A stretch of DNA of 64,000 nt from a virus: IMG/VR virus record IMGVR_UViG_3300020451_000152, positions 10,263 to 74,262 of that record, one strand, 5' to 3'. The stretch's first letter is position 1. Each line of letters starts with the position of its first letter. The notes beneath the pieces are model-generated. The model was not told where the DNA came from and did not search any database. It was given only the letters and a program-made list of their open reading frames with translations. Made by a program: the position numbers and the translations under genes. Below, one piece after another: positions 23,801 to 34,433 of the stretch.

Positions 23801-26800
23801 AAGGTGACCATCTGTTCTGTAGGTAGAACCAAATGTACCAACTCCAGTTGTACTTCCAATAGCAGCAACTGCATATTCTGATATGAAAGATTGACTCTTT
23901 TCGGGATCAGATAATAAGTATATTTGATGAATTGATTGTGTCTCACCTATTGCAACATGGACTGTTGATTTTACACTCAAATCTCTAATACTTGCTATAC
24001 CAACAATTGTTGATATACCTGCTTTTGCTTGACTAGTAACTTCTAATCTACCTGTTCTTTCAGTTCCATCGGGTGTGAATGGAATCTTAAATCTATAATT
24101 TGTGTTTACTCCAACAGCAGAAGGATCAATAGCAATGGTCTTAAATTTAACATTTACATTTCTTTGACGACCATTTTCAAAGTTAAGTTTAAGAACACCA
24201 CTATCAATCTCAGAACTAAATGTACCAATAAACTCAGGAGCAGATAATCCACTTAAATTTTGCTTAGTATTGAACGCTCCTAACTCAGTCAAATAAGTAT
24301 CGGTTCCATCATGCATTACTGCATATTCTAGATAATCAACTTGTTTTGTAGCAGATGAACCAGCACCAGGATTATCAATCGCTAAGAACTGCACAAGAGC
24401 AGCTTTCATGCTTGTAGTTGTTACACCTATAATATTTGTTGTACTACTAACTCCAAGTGTAGACGCAGCACCTGCCTGAACCAAACCACCATCTAATCTA
24501 ATATGTCCAAACGCAGTTGTCCCAACACCCACAGAATCGGCAAAATTAGTCTGTAATGATTTGACTTCATAGTCAGTATCGAATGGTTCATTAGGTCTGA
24601 ATATAAGTCTTGTTTTTGAGACACCAGCATCATACCGTGTATCAAATTCAGCATATCCTGTTCCTAAACCAACTTGATCAAAATTCTTAAGTTCTGCCTT
24701 CTGCATCAAGAATGTATCTTGATCTAGGGTAATAGAAATAAATTCATTTATTTGATAATGATTTTTTCTAGGATCTTCCGCTTTGAAAACAGTTTGGGTT
24801 AAGAATCTTTGGAAATACCTTCCTGCAGGATATTGAGCGACTACTCTAAAATCACTTAGATCATTAGACTCATTAGACACAAATTGAGAACTAATATCGT
24901 CAAGATTTAAAACACGGTTAGTTTTGTTTAAAATAAAGTCAGATAGTCTAGTATTTCTTAATTCTACAAATTTGGAGATATTTCCAACTGATAAGAAGTC
25001 TCTAGCAAGGTCATATGGATATATTGAGTCCAGTCTCATTGGATCTCCAATAAAGTCAAGAACTAGACCACCAGCATCTTCTGCAGGTTGTATAAAGTCA
25101 CCAGGTGTACCTTCTGTTACAATCTCAGTATTTGCAAAGTTTTTAAGTCCAGTTGGGTGTACTATATCATTAACATAGTTAATTAAGTCTTCATATGTCT
25201 TAGGACTCTCAATAGCATAAGACATGTTCTGATAGTAGTCATTATCAGGTAATACTTGATTGGTATCGTTAATAATACCAATATTGTCTCTCCAACCAAC
25301 TAAAGTCTTAACAGAAGAAGATAAATTAAAACTTCCATCAAATTCAGTAATTTGAACAACTCTTGCTTCAGATCCACTTAATTTACCACTCAATACATCA
25401 GTAACTTCAATTGGTTCAGCACCACTAACAACTATCCTTGCACTATTGCCATCAATAAAGTCTAATTGTATATCAGCGTCTGCTTTATTATTTTTCTTGA
25501 AAGGTTCATTAGTTATGAATGTAGAATCAATTTTTATTGCTTCAAATCTAGCAACAAAATCATTTTTAACTAATTGACCAAATCCAAATGATACTGTAGC
25601 ACCTGTGCCAGGATTTGTACTAATTCCATTTAAATCAAAGGTTACCTGCCTTGGGTTAACTGCATCATTATAATCTGTTACTGTGAATGGTGCAAATTTA
25701 TAATCACCCGAATTATATCCATCACCAGATCCAGCATCAAAAGTTATACCTTCAACTAAGACTGCATCACCAATAGCAAATGGTTCTTCATCATATCCCA
25801 AAACAGGAGTACTAATCTTACAAGTTAACACACCTACATCGGTCTGTACACTCATAATACTAATACCATTACTATTTCTTATTGGTGCAATGCCAAAATC
25901 ATTATTTGACAATCCAACAGGTGATACGGAAACTTTTGCACTTACAACAGCAGAATCACTTAACTCGCAAGTTATAAGACCGTTATCTAAGATCTCACCA
26001 GTTGCTTTATCGTACAATGCTAGAGATGGAGCATTAACATAGAATTTACCACCAAAGAGAACATTAACTTGACCAATAGTTGCAAAATTATCAATATCAA
26101 TTATTCTAGGAATAAATGCATCAGGTTTAAGAGTATTGTCTGAAGGATATCCATAAACATCTTCAGGAACACGCATTTCTTCCAATCTATTAATAATTGT
26201 TGATTCTGGTATTAATGTTGCGTTAATACCATTACCACTAATACTAGAAATGCCAGGTAACTTAGAATACCCAAAACCACCACTAACTAGGTTAACAGTA
26301 GAGATACCACCAGTTGCATTGCTTGATTGTGTGTCATATTCCAATATTTCACAATCAGAATTTTTATACTGTAAACTTTCTGGTGAAGATTTTAGATTAA
26401 AGGTAAATTCAGTATTTCCTATTGAAATAACACTATGAGTCCCATTATAGTTACTATCAACATATTTGATTTCACTTCCATTAATAACTGTTCTATCTGC
26501 AGTAGATAATCCGCTAGGACCAAAAACATTGTAATATAGAGTCTTAATATTATCAGAATAATTTAATTTTACTGTTGGATGACCATCAGAGTCAATTGCA
26601 GTGGATGCAATACCAACAGTTGCCAAAGTAGTGACTCCAACAACTTCAAATCCAAGACTTGTACCAGATCCAACAAATTCATTGAAGAAATTAGTGTCAT
26701 AGAAGAACTTCAAATCATATCCACTCATGGATGGATGACTCAAATCAAAATTAAGAGTATTATTCTTAAATGGTCTTATTTGAGGGTTAATTGGGTTGAT

Positions 26801-29800
26801 ACTCCAACCACCACTACCAGTGCTTGTAAAATCAATAACTTCTGGTTTTTTAGCAATTGCTTGTTTTAATGTATCTGCTATTTGTAATGTATCATCATCA
26901 ATTTTGATTACATAGTATTCTCTTTGCTCTACTCCACCTGGTAGATTACTTCCATAGTAGTAAACTCTATCACCAGTAATCAATCCATGATTTATTGAAG
27001 TAATTCTATTGGTACTAGTGTTAATACCAGATGCAGCAACATTTAATGGATTGACAATCAAATAGTCATCAAGTATCTTTAATGCAACAGAAGAAGTTGT
27101 TCCAATACCAGTTGTTAGACCAGGTTTTACAATTAGATCAATTCTGTCATCATCTTCTAATTCATGACTCTCTGATGTCTGGATAGTTCCAGTAATTCTT
27201 TGTGTTTTACCTGTAACTTGTGTATATTGTTTTTCTAGTAGATAATCATACGCATCACTACCACCACTGATAAAATGCAATTCATTTGATGATTTAGTGG
27301 TCTTTAGTCCAATAGTATCATCAGTTTTCCTTACAGCATAGACAGTAGATGGTAAAGTAAAGGTTCCAGCATATATTGCTGATGTGGCAACAGATATGTT
27401 TGTTCCACCTGAAGGAATACTAAACTCAAGTGTATCATTGGTTTTAAAACCATGATTCTCCAAAAATATTGATTGGGTAAGAATAGATCTATCAGCAGTA
27501 ACTCCAAGATACTGATATGCCTTTGTTATAGTCTGTCCTACAGTTGTACCAAATCCTACTGCCTCTGATGGGTTGAAAAATACCTTTTCATCGGGATCAG
27601 ACTCAAAATAATCAGTTCTAACTAAAACTTCGTACTGATCAGGAACAAAGGATACTCCAATACCTAATTGACCTGTAGTTGCAACTCCAACTGATCTACG
27701 AATTCGTAATACACCATCATCATGATATACATTAAGAACTTTAGCAGTTTCTGATCCAATACCAGCAGTTGTACCAAATCCAATAGTAGAACCTATGGAT
27801 ATTGATGCTGGAATAGATTGTACTCTAATATCAGTTACAACTCCAACAAATCCATCATCTAAAAGTTTTGTACTAAACTCAATTTGATTAATTATATGAC
27901 TACCATTCAATTTGTCAACTGCAGTTGATAAACCAGCAATAACAATATCATCTTTTAACTTAAGATCATGAGATGGTTGAATATATCCAGTTACCCTATC
28001 TGCTCTCCATTTAAATACAGTATTTTCATAATTTAAAAATTCTGTAGTAATTTTATTAATAGTTTTGCCAGATAATCTTTCAATATATGCACTTGCACCT
28101 GTACCACCAGTATCACTATTATCAAAGATAACATTTGATCCAACACTATAACCTGTACCTACTGATGCTATTCTTACACCTGTTATAGGACCAGTTTGAA
28201 GTTTATCAGGTCTTGCAACTTGAGAAACAAAATTATATGGTTGATATACAAAATCATAACCAGCACCCTCCCCAAACATCTTGTATGGGAATGTATTTCT
28301 TACTAATTTGGAATTTTCAAAATCAAATGTTGTTTGCTTGATTTTTTCACCAGCAACAGTATTAATTCTGATAGGACTTCCTCTAAATGTATCACCAATG
28401 TAGTATGGATACTGTGGATCATTATTTACATCTACAGAAGCATAATATGCATATATTCCATTAGGAAAATCAGGTGTTTTAGCAAATCTACCGTTATGTT
28501 CATCTAGATCACCAGAGGTATCATAATAATAGTCTTCAATAAATGATCCTGCAGGCCAATCTGCTGTAGAAGGTCTATTATAAACTCTAGTTGAATCTAA
28601 CTTATAAGATGTCAGTAATTTTCTTGATGAAGACTGAATATCATCAATATCATCAAAACCATATGGTCCGTAAATGGGTATACCATCATATGCCCATCCA
28701 ATAATAGGAGAATGACCACCACCATTGTCATTAAATGATTCTCTAATGGTTTTACCATATCCTATTGACTCAACCGCCAAACCATCTTCTACTGGACCTA
28801 GATATTCACCATTTGTAGTTCCTGAGGTGGCATACTGGTTAGTAGATAGTCTTCTAACTCTTGTAGAGAATGTAGCAGCATCACCAGGTGATTTAACACT
28901 AACAGTAGTCCCTCCTGCAGTATAACCAATACCTGAAGATATTACAATTACACTACCAATAGAATCTCCGTCCATAACAGCACGAAGTTCAGCACCAAAT
29001 GCAGTTCCTGCTCCAACTACAGATATATCTGGAGGTCCATCGTAATCTATACCACCACTTTGTACAAATGCGTCTAAAATTCTACCATTTATTATAGTTA
29101 AACCTATCTGACCAAATCTTCCAGATCTAATAGAAACTGAAGGTGCTTTTTCAAAATTAATTATATCTGAACCATAATTTAGACCTCTATCATACATGAT
29201 AGTGTCTGTAATAGTACCACGAACTATTGGTGTTACATTTAATGTTAATTGAGAGTCTAAATTAGTGATAACATTAAGATCAACTGTTACAGGAGGATAG
29301 AAGAAGTCCTGATAATCAGATCCTGAATCACCAAATCTTATATACTCTTTATTAGAGTAATTTGTAGTATTTGGAACTCTAGCAGTAGCGACACCTGACT
29401 CACACAGTCTAAATTTGTCAGTATCAATAGTTAATACCTGATATTGTGCGGTAGTTGATAATCCACTAATAACAGTTCCCCCAGTAGAAGAAATTCCGTA
29501 ATGAACTACTTCTCCATCTTTGAATCCGTGGTTATCAAACTGGATAAAATCTCGTGCTGTACTAATACCTGCAGGTAAGACTGATATCTTCCTGTTAGCA
29601 TATCCTTCTCCACCATCGAGAACAGTAACACGAGAAATTCTTCTCTTTGTTTCAAAATCCCTAAAAGCGTGAATTCCTGAATTTAGGTTAACAGCATCTG
29701 TGTTAAACCCAACAGTATTTACTCCAGCAACAGAGTCTGCTTTAGATCTGTATATTTGGAATATGGTAGAACTAGTGATACCAATATAATATGACTGATT

Positions 29801-32503
29801 TTCTACTAAACAAGTATCAATTCCAACATTAGCAGTAGTTGCTAAACCAACAGGATTATTATTATTTGGATTGTAGATTACTCTATCGCCAGTTTGATAA
29901 AAATGATTTTTGTTTAGAATAAATCTATTATCTACAGGATCAATCGTACCACCATCATAGAAGGACTTTGCATTGAATTCAAATGTTCTATAATTTAATT
30001 CAGTGACTGCTTGTGCTTTAGCACCTTTACCATTACCACCATGAATATCAACTGAGACTACTTTCTTAATTTCAAACTCTACTGGATCGATTTGAATACC
30101 AGTTATTGTACCAGCAATAGAAACTCTAGCAAAAGCAGTATTGACTCCAGTAGTATTATCCTCGATAGTTAGTAAGGGAGGATTTAATACATCATAGTTA
30201 GTACCTGAGTTAACTACATCTAATGCTTTTAGAGGTCCAAAAAAGATTGATTTGTCTGATTTATAATTACGAATCTCAACACCATTTATCAACATTCCAG
30301 TATTACCTGAAAGTGTCCTATCTGATGTTGTTCTTTGTTCTCTACCTACAGTAAGATCTTGCTCTAGAATATATTTCTTAAGTTTTCTACCTGGAAATAT
30401 AGATCTTCTTGCTTGTTCTACTGAAACAAAATCATGTGTACCACTAGTTTTAGGAGCAACAAATTCTTGAGCAATACCCGATGGAATAAATGATCTAGAT
30501 TGATATAACTTAATTTGGTTAGAAGGACTTAATACTTCAACAAAATAAGAGTTTCTATCTAATCCAGCAATAGGATCAGATCCAGATGAAGGGATATATA
30601 CAATTTCATCACCAGTTCTAAATGGTACAGGATTAGTAAATGATATGATTGTAAATTTATCAGTTAATGTGTTATACCCTTGGAAGTTGCCACCAGATAC
30701 TGTAGGATCTATTAATATAGAGTGAATTTTATCACTATCAATTTGATATGAAGGTAAAGAGTTTGCAGCAACATACGCTTCTGCCTTTGTACTCTCGGTT
30801 TTGTTCTTATCTACAATATATGTGTTACCAATATCAGTTAAGATTTGATTTTGACCACCAATGATGGGAACTATACTACTAGTTGCTTTACTTTGTACTC
30901 TTCTAACATCATAAGATAATCCTTCTACTGTAGTGAAGGTTCCAGAGACATTTATAGAATTATTTGGAATATTTACATAAGATACGGTTAAATTGGATGC
31001 TTGAACAGTTTCTGTATTTCTAACAAGCAATTCAATCGAATCGCCAATCTTTAAACTAGAATCATAGATGATACCAGTCAAAGTAAATGTAGATCCAGTT
31101 AAATCTGATATTTCATACCTAGCACTAGTGTTATAAATCCAAGAATTGAAGAATACCTGCTCATAAGTTTTTGTTAGTCTAGGATTAGTGATAAAGCGTC
31201 CTAAATTTTTAACTTTGATTCTAGATTCAGGATTTAGACCAAATAAATCTTGATTGCTGTCAAATTCTCTTAAAACAGCAGTAATTCTCATGTTGACCCT
31301 TTTAGTTAGGTCGTTATCTTCAAAACCATAAACTACAGTTGGAGTAAAGACATTTGTAGTCGAAGGAATGTCAATACTAGTGGTTGTAACACCAATAAAC
31401 TGGTTTACAGTCTTCTCAGAGTAATCTAATTTTTGATAATGACTATCTGATACTTGACCAACTTCAAAACTACCAGTTTGACCAAAACCAATTGTGGAAT
31501 CAACTGTTAATACAGTTGCACCTAGTCCAACTTGACCAATAACCTGAGTTCTACCTGGAACAATGAATGTTCCTTGAATTAAAGCTCTCTCATCATAACC
31601 AATGAACACAGAAAGACGATAATAGTTGTCTCTAATCTGTACAACCTCTGAAATAGGTCCACTGGCAGCATTTATGTTAGGATTATTGATTTCATTGTCT
31701 TGAAATAGAGTTTGACCAATTAATTTCTCTGGATCACCTGATACCAACTCAACAGCAAAAGATTCCCTTCTTAGATAGTTTGCATAGGAGGGTTTTATGA
31801 GGTATTTTTCAAGATCATTGATTTTTGGTTCAATACCAAATAATGCTTTGAATAAAATCTTGAAAGATTCGTCTGTACCCTTAGATTCGTATAAACTTCT
31901 TGCTTCTTTGACAAAATTAACAACATCTAACTCAGGACTTAATGGTACACCTTCTAAACCAGGTGTATACATCGATTTCAAGTTAGTGTATATCTCTGTT
32001 AGAAATAATGCACTTAAATTTTGTACCTTAGAGGACTCTGTATGCTCTCCAGCGACTGATTGAGACCATTCAAGATTACTAGGATCATTTATCTTGCGGT
32101 ATGTAGTAATACCACTAAAACCCCTAACACAACCAGTGAAGGAGTTTGTAGTAAGACCACTATATGTAATAATCTCGTCATCAACCTTCAGTAGACCCCA
32201 TTGATTAGGAAATCCTTTGGTACTAAATGTTCCAATACCTATTTCAGTCTCTGTTGCACTAATACTAGATGCTAAGGCAACTTCTCCATGTATAACATCT
32301 CTAGTTAAGTTGTCAATACGAATATATTTGTCAATATTCTCTGCTATATCTACAACACCACCCTGAAACTCTTGAGATATGTAATATTGCTCAAGAAAAT
32401 CTTCTAACAGAGGATTTTCTGTTAATGCAAATTCTGGAACTGTATCCGCAACTACCTGATGAGTCTTGACTCTCGAAGATAGGGGACTATAGGTTTCTAT
32501 CAT
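17807..32503 (-). CDS. gp7: Baseplate wedge initiator gp7 (giant, 4898 aa)
   Basis: YESKGTDESFKILFKALFG, HSPIIGWAYDGIPIYGPYG (YHYH-like), DNDYYQNMSYAIES and VHPTGLKNF motifs. Lies between gp6 and gp8. Confidence 0.85.
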   Translation of the reverse strand: MIETYSPLSSRVKTHQVVADTVPEFALTENPLLEDFLEQYYISQEFQGGVVDIAENIDKYIRIDNLTRDVIHGEVALASSISATETEIGIGTFSTKGFPNQWGLLKVDDEIITYSGLTTNSFTGCVRGFSGITTYRKINDPSNLEWSQSVAGEHTESSKVQNLSALFLTEIYTNLKSMYTPGLEGVPLSPELDVVNFVKEARSLYESKGTDESFKILFKALFGIEPKINDLEKYLIKPSYANYLRRESFAVELVSGDPEKLIGQTLFQDNEINNPNINAASGPISEVVQIRDNYYRLSVFIGYDERALIQGTFIVPGRTQVIGQVGLGATVLTVDSTIGFGQTGSFEVGQVSDSHYQKLDYSEKTVNQFIGVTTTSIDIPSTTNVFTPTVVYGFEDNDLTKRVNMRITAVLREFDSNQDLFGLNPESRIKVKNLGRFITNPRLTKTYEQVFFNSWIYNTSARYEISDLTGSTFTLTGIIYDSSLKIGDSIELLVRNTETVQASNLTVSYVNIPNNSINVSGTFTTVEGLSYDVRRVQSKATSSIVPIIGGQNQILTDIGNTYIVDKNKTESTKAEAYVAANSLPSYQIDSDKIHSILIDPTVSGGNFQGYNTLTDKFTIISFTNPVPFRTGDEIVYIPSSGSDPIAGLDRNSYFVEVLSPSNQIKLYQSRSFIPSGIAQEFVAPKTSGTHDFVSVEQARRSIFPGRKLKKYILEQDLTVGREQRTTSDRTLSGNTGMLINGVEIRNYKSDKSIFFGPLKALDVVNSGTNYDVLNPPLLTIEDNTTGVNTAFARVSIAGTITGIQIDPVEFEIKKVVSVDIHGGNGKGAKAQAVTELNYRTFEFNAKSFYDGGTIDPVDNRFILNKNHFYQTGDRVIYNPNNNNPVGLATTANVGIDTCLVENQSYYIGITSSTIFQIYRSKADSVAGVNTVGFNTDAVNLNSGIHAFRDFETKRRISRVTVLDGGEGYANRKISVLPAGISTARDFIQFDNHGFKDGEVVHYGISSTGGTVISGLSTTAQYQVLTIDTDKFRLCESGVATARVPNTTNYSNKEYIRFGDSGSDYQDFFYPPVTVDLNVITNLDSQLTLNVTPIVRGTITDTIMYDRGLNYGSDIINFEKAPSVSIRSGRFGQIGLTIINGRILDAFVQSGGIDYDGPPDISVVGAGTAFGAELRAVMDGDSIGSVIVISSGIGYTAGGTTVSVKSPGDAATFSTRVRRLSTNQYATSGTTNGEYLGPVEDGLAVESIGYGKTIRESFNDNGGGHSPIIGWAYDGIPIYGPYGFDDIDDIQSSSRKLLTSYKLDSTRVYNRPSTADWPAGSFIEDYYYDTSGDLDEHNGRFAKTPDFPNGIYAYYASVDVNNDPQYPYYIGDTFRGSPIRINTVAGEKIKQTTFDFENSKLVRNTFPYKMFGEGAGYDFVYQPYNFVSQVARPDKLQTGPITGVRIASVGTGYSVGSNVIFDNSDTGGTGASAYIERLSGKTINKITTEFLNYENTVFKWRADRVTGYIQPSHDLKLKDDIVIAGLSTAVDKLNGSHIINQIEFSTKLLDDGFVGVVTDIRVQSIPASISIGSTIGFGTTAGIGSETAKVLNVYHDDGVLRIRRSVGVATTGQLGIGVSFVPDQYEVLVRTDYFESDPDEKVFFNPSEAVGFGTTVGQTITKAYQYLGVTADRSILTQSIFLENHGFKTNDTLEFSIPSGGTNISVATSAIYAGTFTLPSTVYAVRKTDDTIGLKTTKSSNELHFISGGSDAYDYLLEKQYTQVTGKTQRITGTIQTSESHELEDDDRIDLIVKPGLTTGIGTTSSVALKILDDYLIVNPLNVAASGINTSTNRITSINHGLITGDRVYYYGSNLPGGVEQREYYVIKIDDDTLQIADTLKQAIAKKPEVIDFTSTGSGGWSINPINPQIRPFKNNTLNFDLSHPSMSGYDLKFFYDTNFFNEFVGSGTSLGFEVVGVTTLATVGIASTAIDSDGHPTVKLNYSDNIKTLYYNVFGPSGLSTADRTVINGSEIKYVDSNYNGTHSVISIGNTEFTFNLKSSPESLQYKNSDCEILEYDTQSSNATGGISTVNLVSGGFGYSKLPGISSISGNGINATLIPESTIINRLEEMRVPEDVYGYPSDNTLKPDAFIPRIIDIDNFATIGQVNVLFGGKFYVNAPSLALYDKATGEILDNGLITCELSDSAVVSAKVSVSPVGLSNNDFGIAPIRNSNGISIMSVQTDVGVLTCKISTPVLGYDEEPFAIGDAVLVEGITFDAGSGDGYNSGDYKFAPFTVTDYNDAVNPRQVTFDLNGISTNPGTGATVSFGFGQLVKNDFVARFEAIKIDSTFITNEPFKKNNKADADIQLDFIDGNSARIVVSGAEPIEVTDVLSGKLSGSEARVVQITEFDGSFNLSSSVKTLVGWRDNIGIINDTNQVLPDNDYYQNMSYAIESPKTYEDLINYVNDIVHPTGLKNFANTEIVTEGTPGDFIQPAEDAGGLVLDFIGDPMRLDSIYPYDLARDFLSVGNISKFVELRNTRLSDFILNKTNRVLNLDDISSQFVSNESNDLSDFRVVAQYPAGRYFQRFLTQTVFKAEDPRKNHYQINEFISITLDQDTFLMQKAELKNFDQVGLGTGYAEFDTRYDAGVSKTRLIFRPNEPFDTDYEVKSLQTNFADSVGVGTTAFGHIRLDGGLVQAGAASTLGVSSTTNIIGVTTTSMKAALVQFLAIDNPGAGSSATKQVDYLEYAVMHDGTDTYLTELGAFNTKQNLSGLSAPEFIGTFSSEIDSGVLKLNFENGRQRNVNVKFKTIAIDPSAVGVNTNYRFKIPFTPDGTERTGRLEVTSQAKAGISTIVGIASIRDLSVKSTVHVAIGETQSIHQIYLLSDPEKSQSFISEYAVAAIGSTTGVGTFGSTYRTDGHLNLEFHPSVSGIVSITAYNEILYKEKDPNGTLDGVGELNYGQVYESVSQNTYLGINNRDIKSFDLTYKGVPVYARETNISDPSQINYGFGRFEQEHFFMNFEQLSYKADSNLIGIAGTGLVYYTGVGTARLPETVYCIKDNNRQFRLALSESDARAGFAVTFVPDSGAGNQHRISMRKRDSKSMLSLSGLVQKPISYTSISYELDVPVAGFVTAFVLSGISSITSGDLLKIEDEYSIVKTVGFGTTTIGPAVGIGTWTLVEVERGAVGTAATPHAAGETVRLFRGSFQILDSQVHFTQAPLGGDTGILNPNNLPFARATFGGRTFLRNDYSKNQLFDDLSESFDGLETTYPLTSIGAAVTGIGTTGGNGVLFINNIFQAPFSENNVNANFKIIENAGIASVQFTGISSFGFTDPIIDIGDINENQLPRGGIIISVASTPGRGYAPFVGAKVRPVINSAGNIIDIVGVPTSGHKIGISTATYNNINGIIEISTDCDHGFLIGDPVKLEGLEFACTGYGNTLGITSFVYDHISGIATIITDAAHGFTDPSQVAITTDGLTFTCEMDGQYTNHTYPRAGDPADNKFLEVRNVTTDTFDVFVGITTNVGFTPTNAIYDANAGIMTMTIPNHNIVAGTSIKIKDNSLFFKCDMDGNSQTKSYPRITDPVFDTAISVASTTATGIAITVGTSPIVNYSITTATYTPTTGFLDLNIGQHGLATGTNIKLKEGGLIFRCNTDSYISTHTYPRNIIDTQTVNGATYDANAGIMTVTVVPGGRLLGDGDWIKFDNDSISFKCDMDGGTSTKTYPRASDPVSGKWLPITGITTTSFSVDVGKSTAEPFSISSAIYDPTAGIVTATIGDHNFMTGVSIRLSPESFAFRCGLDTYQSLHYYPRSTDTVGYNTAVSIASTTADSISFQVLASQPSTNISTHHFVPNTGLTAETGTQYDGTVGIMTVTSANHNLSNGDWVRFETGSVTFTCAKDNYCTTHAYPRETDPYSGKWTQVSHVTTNTFRVNIGVSPDKSDHIFSSGIASGITRSQIVGGGPYTHTFQAAGVGSMDQKRDQAFDAPIGIHSVGSTSHTATNAVYDPNVGIMTVTVAGHGFMNSDRVKFDTGAISLKCSRDGYRIAHAYPRVSDPVHAKWVSIASTTVDTFAVDVGKSGPNDQYEHIFSSATTGGIKKQTGYVTLQVGVSTDTSEHRYDIMAGHEASNAVITGGGYAHSFQSALTGAVVRGGNYAHTFVSAASSTIYIDSWSGAALTPTNAVYNPTSGVLQITAENHGLVNPSNFKLSGIGVTCVYGAKTYPSGVQGYFYTVRNVTNSTKFTTSVGISTVAHQYVSGGEVRIGITTNIFPDYDEELDITGIVSTKTFRVNAGVSTIPHYYVTGGTAAPWYNLTFGSGYNQLMGELEVCTHDYGGIGTDASITATIGIGGTLIYHIGSGGTNYSDTASLDVGDPNGSDLSIIGKYREGIGSTTLTGVGASITVDIIGVSTTYVGMSTSPEFSLNQVYIWKMTKFGYGFKKGDKFELAGLSTDPKAGDLFEPFEIEVIDIFNDDISAWQFGNIDYIDNIKPFQDGDRLRYPLYYQDQLVSFEIDNNDPDSREIDLAPVLMIFVNGILQEPNVHYTFNGGTSVSFETAPTVEDDVFIFFYRGTVGNDSVLFDVNEVIKIGDSLELFKSEELELNRVAVDASNFAQQEERIAVNITSASVLETPFYQGSGVNPDNFKPFRWNKQKEDKIFGGALVSKARDTLEAQIVPTANVLSGYAATATELFVDHVERFRDLDGQLTGDFGLYVFGVGIGTTATAGVNWEVWNDIDPLNTDVQGYTGVVTGITTSAGIGTDLGLVFQLDMNALVNSQNAAYVQQFQEGYPFKLFASGINPAAGVITSVDSHDSDSIGISTFELDNIYYAHGLHWDGSARTGVITCNIHSGTDVTGLVGVGSTAFPAARFTWGRFSSATRNVGYPLALTVKGLDYNPDLDNYPVVKRTNTGLRNTGALGKTL

Positions 32504-32506
32504 TCT

Positions 32507-34429
32507 TTATTTTCGCCTAGTGATGGTTCCGTTAGAGTAACTAGAGGTTACCTTGTATCCAATTCCAGATATTTGTTGTCCAGAAGAAATGGTGTCTCTC
32601 ACGATATTTATCTTAGTATTTGACATGTCTAATTGAAGGTATAAATCCTTCAATCCAATAATATCATTAGATTCTGGATAAACTTGTATTTCAATCAATC
32701 CAGATGCAAGAGAAGACTCCGTAATCTTGATTGTATTGATAATAATTTCACCTTTTACATAATCTACAGTACCAGCATTAGGAACAACAACCGTTGTTAG
32801 AGATTGTTCGATATCTGATAGTTGAACTACCGCAAGATTACCAGTTTTTAGGTCTTCATTAGGAATATCAGAGAAATAAAGTGTTTCGTTATTACCTTCA
32901 ACCTTAAATCCTGTACTTTTTATGTTTTTACCCCTAGGATCAACATGAAATTCATTTCCAAAGCATAATTCATACTGAGCATAGGCATTTAGTATTGGTT
33001 TTAGATCTCTCCTAATCGTTAATTTAGTAATATTAGATGTAATCGCAGAATTTGCATTATCAATGATAGATTGTGCTTCAGAATATTTAAATCTACCACC
33101 AAATGCGTTCAAATTAGTGTCAGTTCCATATGAAGTGATAGCATTGATAACTTGTGCCTTCAATCCTTCAGTATCACTGTAAACATTTGGATTATAATAT
33201 GCATTGACATTCAATTCAACATAAAGAATCTTAAGATCAACAATTCTTTGGTTTATTCCAGCAATTGCATAACTTTTTAGTCGTTCTAATATCAAAGACT
33301 TACTAAAGTCAGACAAATATGTAGCATTTCGAGGTTTGATGCTCAATACTACGGTTCCAAATTCAGGTGGATCCAATTCTTCACCACCAATAACAGAAAC
33401 AGACTCTGCATCAGGGAATATGCTCTGTATAATTGCTTCATAATCCTTTGTTGTAACCGCCCTGTACTGCGATGAATAGATTCTAGGTGCAATGTACTTA
33501 ATAGACTCTACATCTTCGATCTCACCGCCTCCTTTAGCGGATTGAACAGTAGATACTACAACAGTTGTAGAAGAATCTATAGAATTACCAGCATCATCTA
33601 CAGCATTACCACTATAGGCAAAGAATTTTCCGTCATTACCTTCTTTTCCATCAGTGATAATATAGGTTACTTCAATAACATCACCACTATCGAGTTTTTT
33701 ACCAAATAAACCATCACCAAACATCAATTCATATTGCTCATCCTTAACTTCTTGGATTAGGAATATGTTAGACTTCTCGTTAATGCCTGTAATGTTGTCT
33801 AAAAGTGAATATTCTAGTCCAGCACTCGCTCCTGCCTTAGTAACAAAGACTCTAATACTATCTGTATCAACAAATGAGTTCTGTAAGATAAATCTTTGAT
33901 CTCTTGTTCCATCTACATTGAAAGTTTTCTTTAATAATGTTCCCTGAAAGACATTTAGATTATTAAATGTAGCAGTTCTAGGAGGATTTATCGTAGTAGT
34001 GCTATTAGAATCAATAGGAGCAGGTACTGATACATCATCTGGGATAGAAAATGTAAAAGATGTATTATCCTGAGCACCAACACACACCAAACCCTTCTTC
34101 AAAGTGACAGTATTACTATTTCCGTTAAATTTAAAATCAAAATTTATGATTGCCTTAGACGATTTGCGTGATCTAGGGACATATCCTATGTTTCTTGCTA
34201 ATGAAACAACATTTTCTCTCAGTGTTGCTGAATCCAAGAAGGATTCATTGACCACCATGTTGCTATTGAACGCTGTAATATAAGTATTATACGCTAAAAT
34301 GTCGATCAATACCGACATGTTTGACCCTTCATAGTCAAAATCAGTAAAATTTGAATTCGCACGAAGATAATCTCTTATTTGAGACTTAATTTGATCAAAA
34401 TCTAAGTTTGTAAACTTCGTTACTGCCAT
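32507..34429 (-). CDS. gp6: Baseplate wedge subunit gp6
   Basis: LDFDQIK...FTDFDYEGSNMSVLIDILAYNT...ESFLDSATLRENVVSLARNIGYVPRS; RAVTTKDY. Confidence 0.95.
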   Translation of the reverse strand: MAVTKFTNLDFDQIKSQIRDYLRANSNFTDFDYEGSNMSVLIDILAYNTYITAFNSNMVVNESFLDSATLRENVVSLARNIGYVPRSRKSSKAIINFDFKFNGNSNTVTLKKGLVCVGAQDNTSFTFSIPDDVSVPAPIDSNSTTTINPPRTATFNNLNVFQGTLLKKTFNVDGTRDQRFILQNSFVDTDSIRVFVTKAGASAGLEYSLLDNITGINEKSNIFLIQEVKDEQYELMFGDGLFGKKLDSGDVIEVTYIITDGKEGNDGKFFAYSGNAVDDAGNSIDSSTTVVVSTVQSAKGGGEIEDVESIKYIAPRIYSSQYRAVTTKDYEAIIQSIFPDAESVSVIGGEELDPPEFGTVVLSIKPRNATYLSDFSKSLILERLKSYAIAGINQRIVDLKILYVELNVNAYYNPNVYSDTEGLKAQVINAITSYGTDTNLNAFGGRFKYSEAQSIIDNANSAITSNITKLTIRRDLKPILNAYAQYELCFGNEFHVDPRGKNIKSTGFKVEGNNETLYFSDIPNEDLKTGNLAVVQLSDIEQSLTTVVVPNAGTVDYVKGEIIINTIKITESSLASGLIEIQVYPESNDIIGLKDLYLQLDMSNTKINIVRDTISSGQQISGIGYKVTSSYSNGTITRRK

Positions 34430-34433
34430 GTTT

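Noticed and set aside
57-33000. Many short plus-strand ORFs within the structural block
   Set aside because: Antisense shadows of long minus-strand genes with biased codon use; no recognisable motifs.
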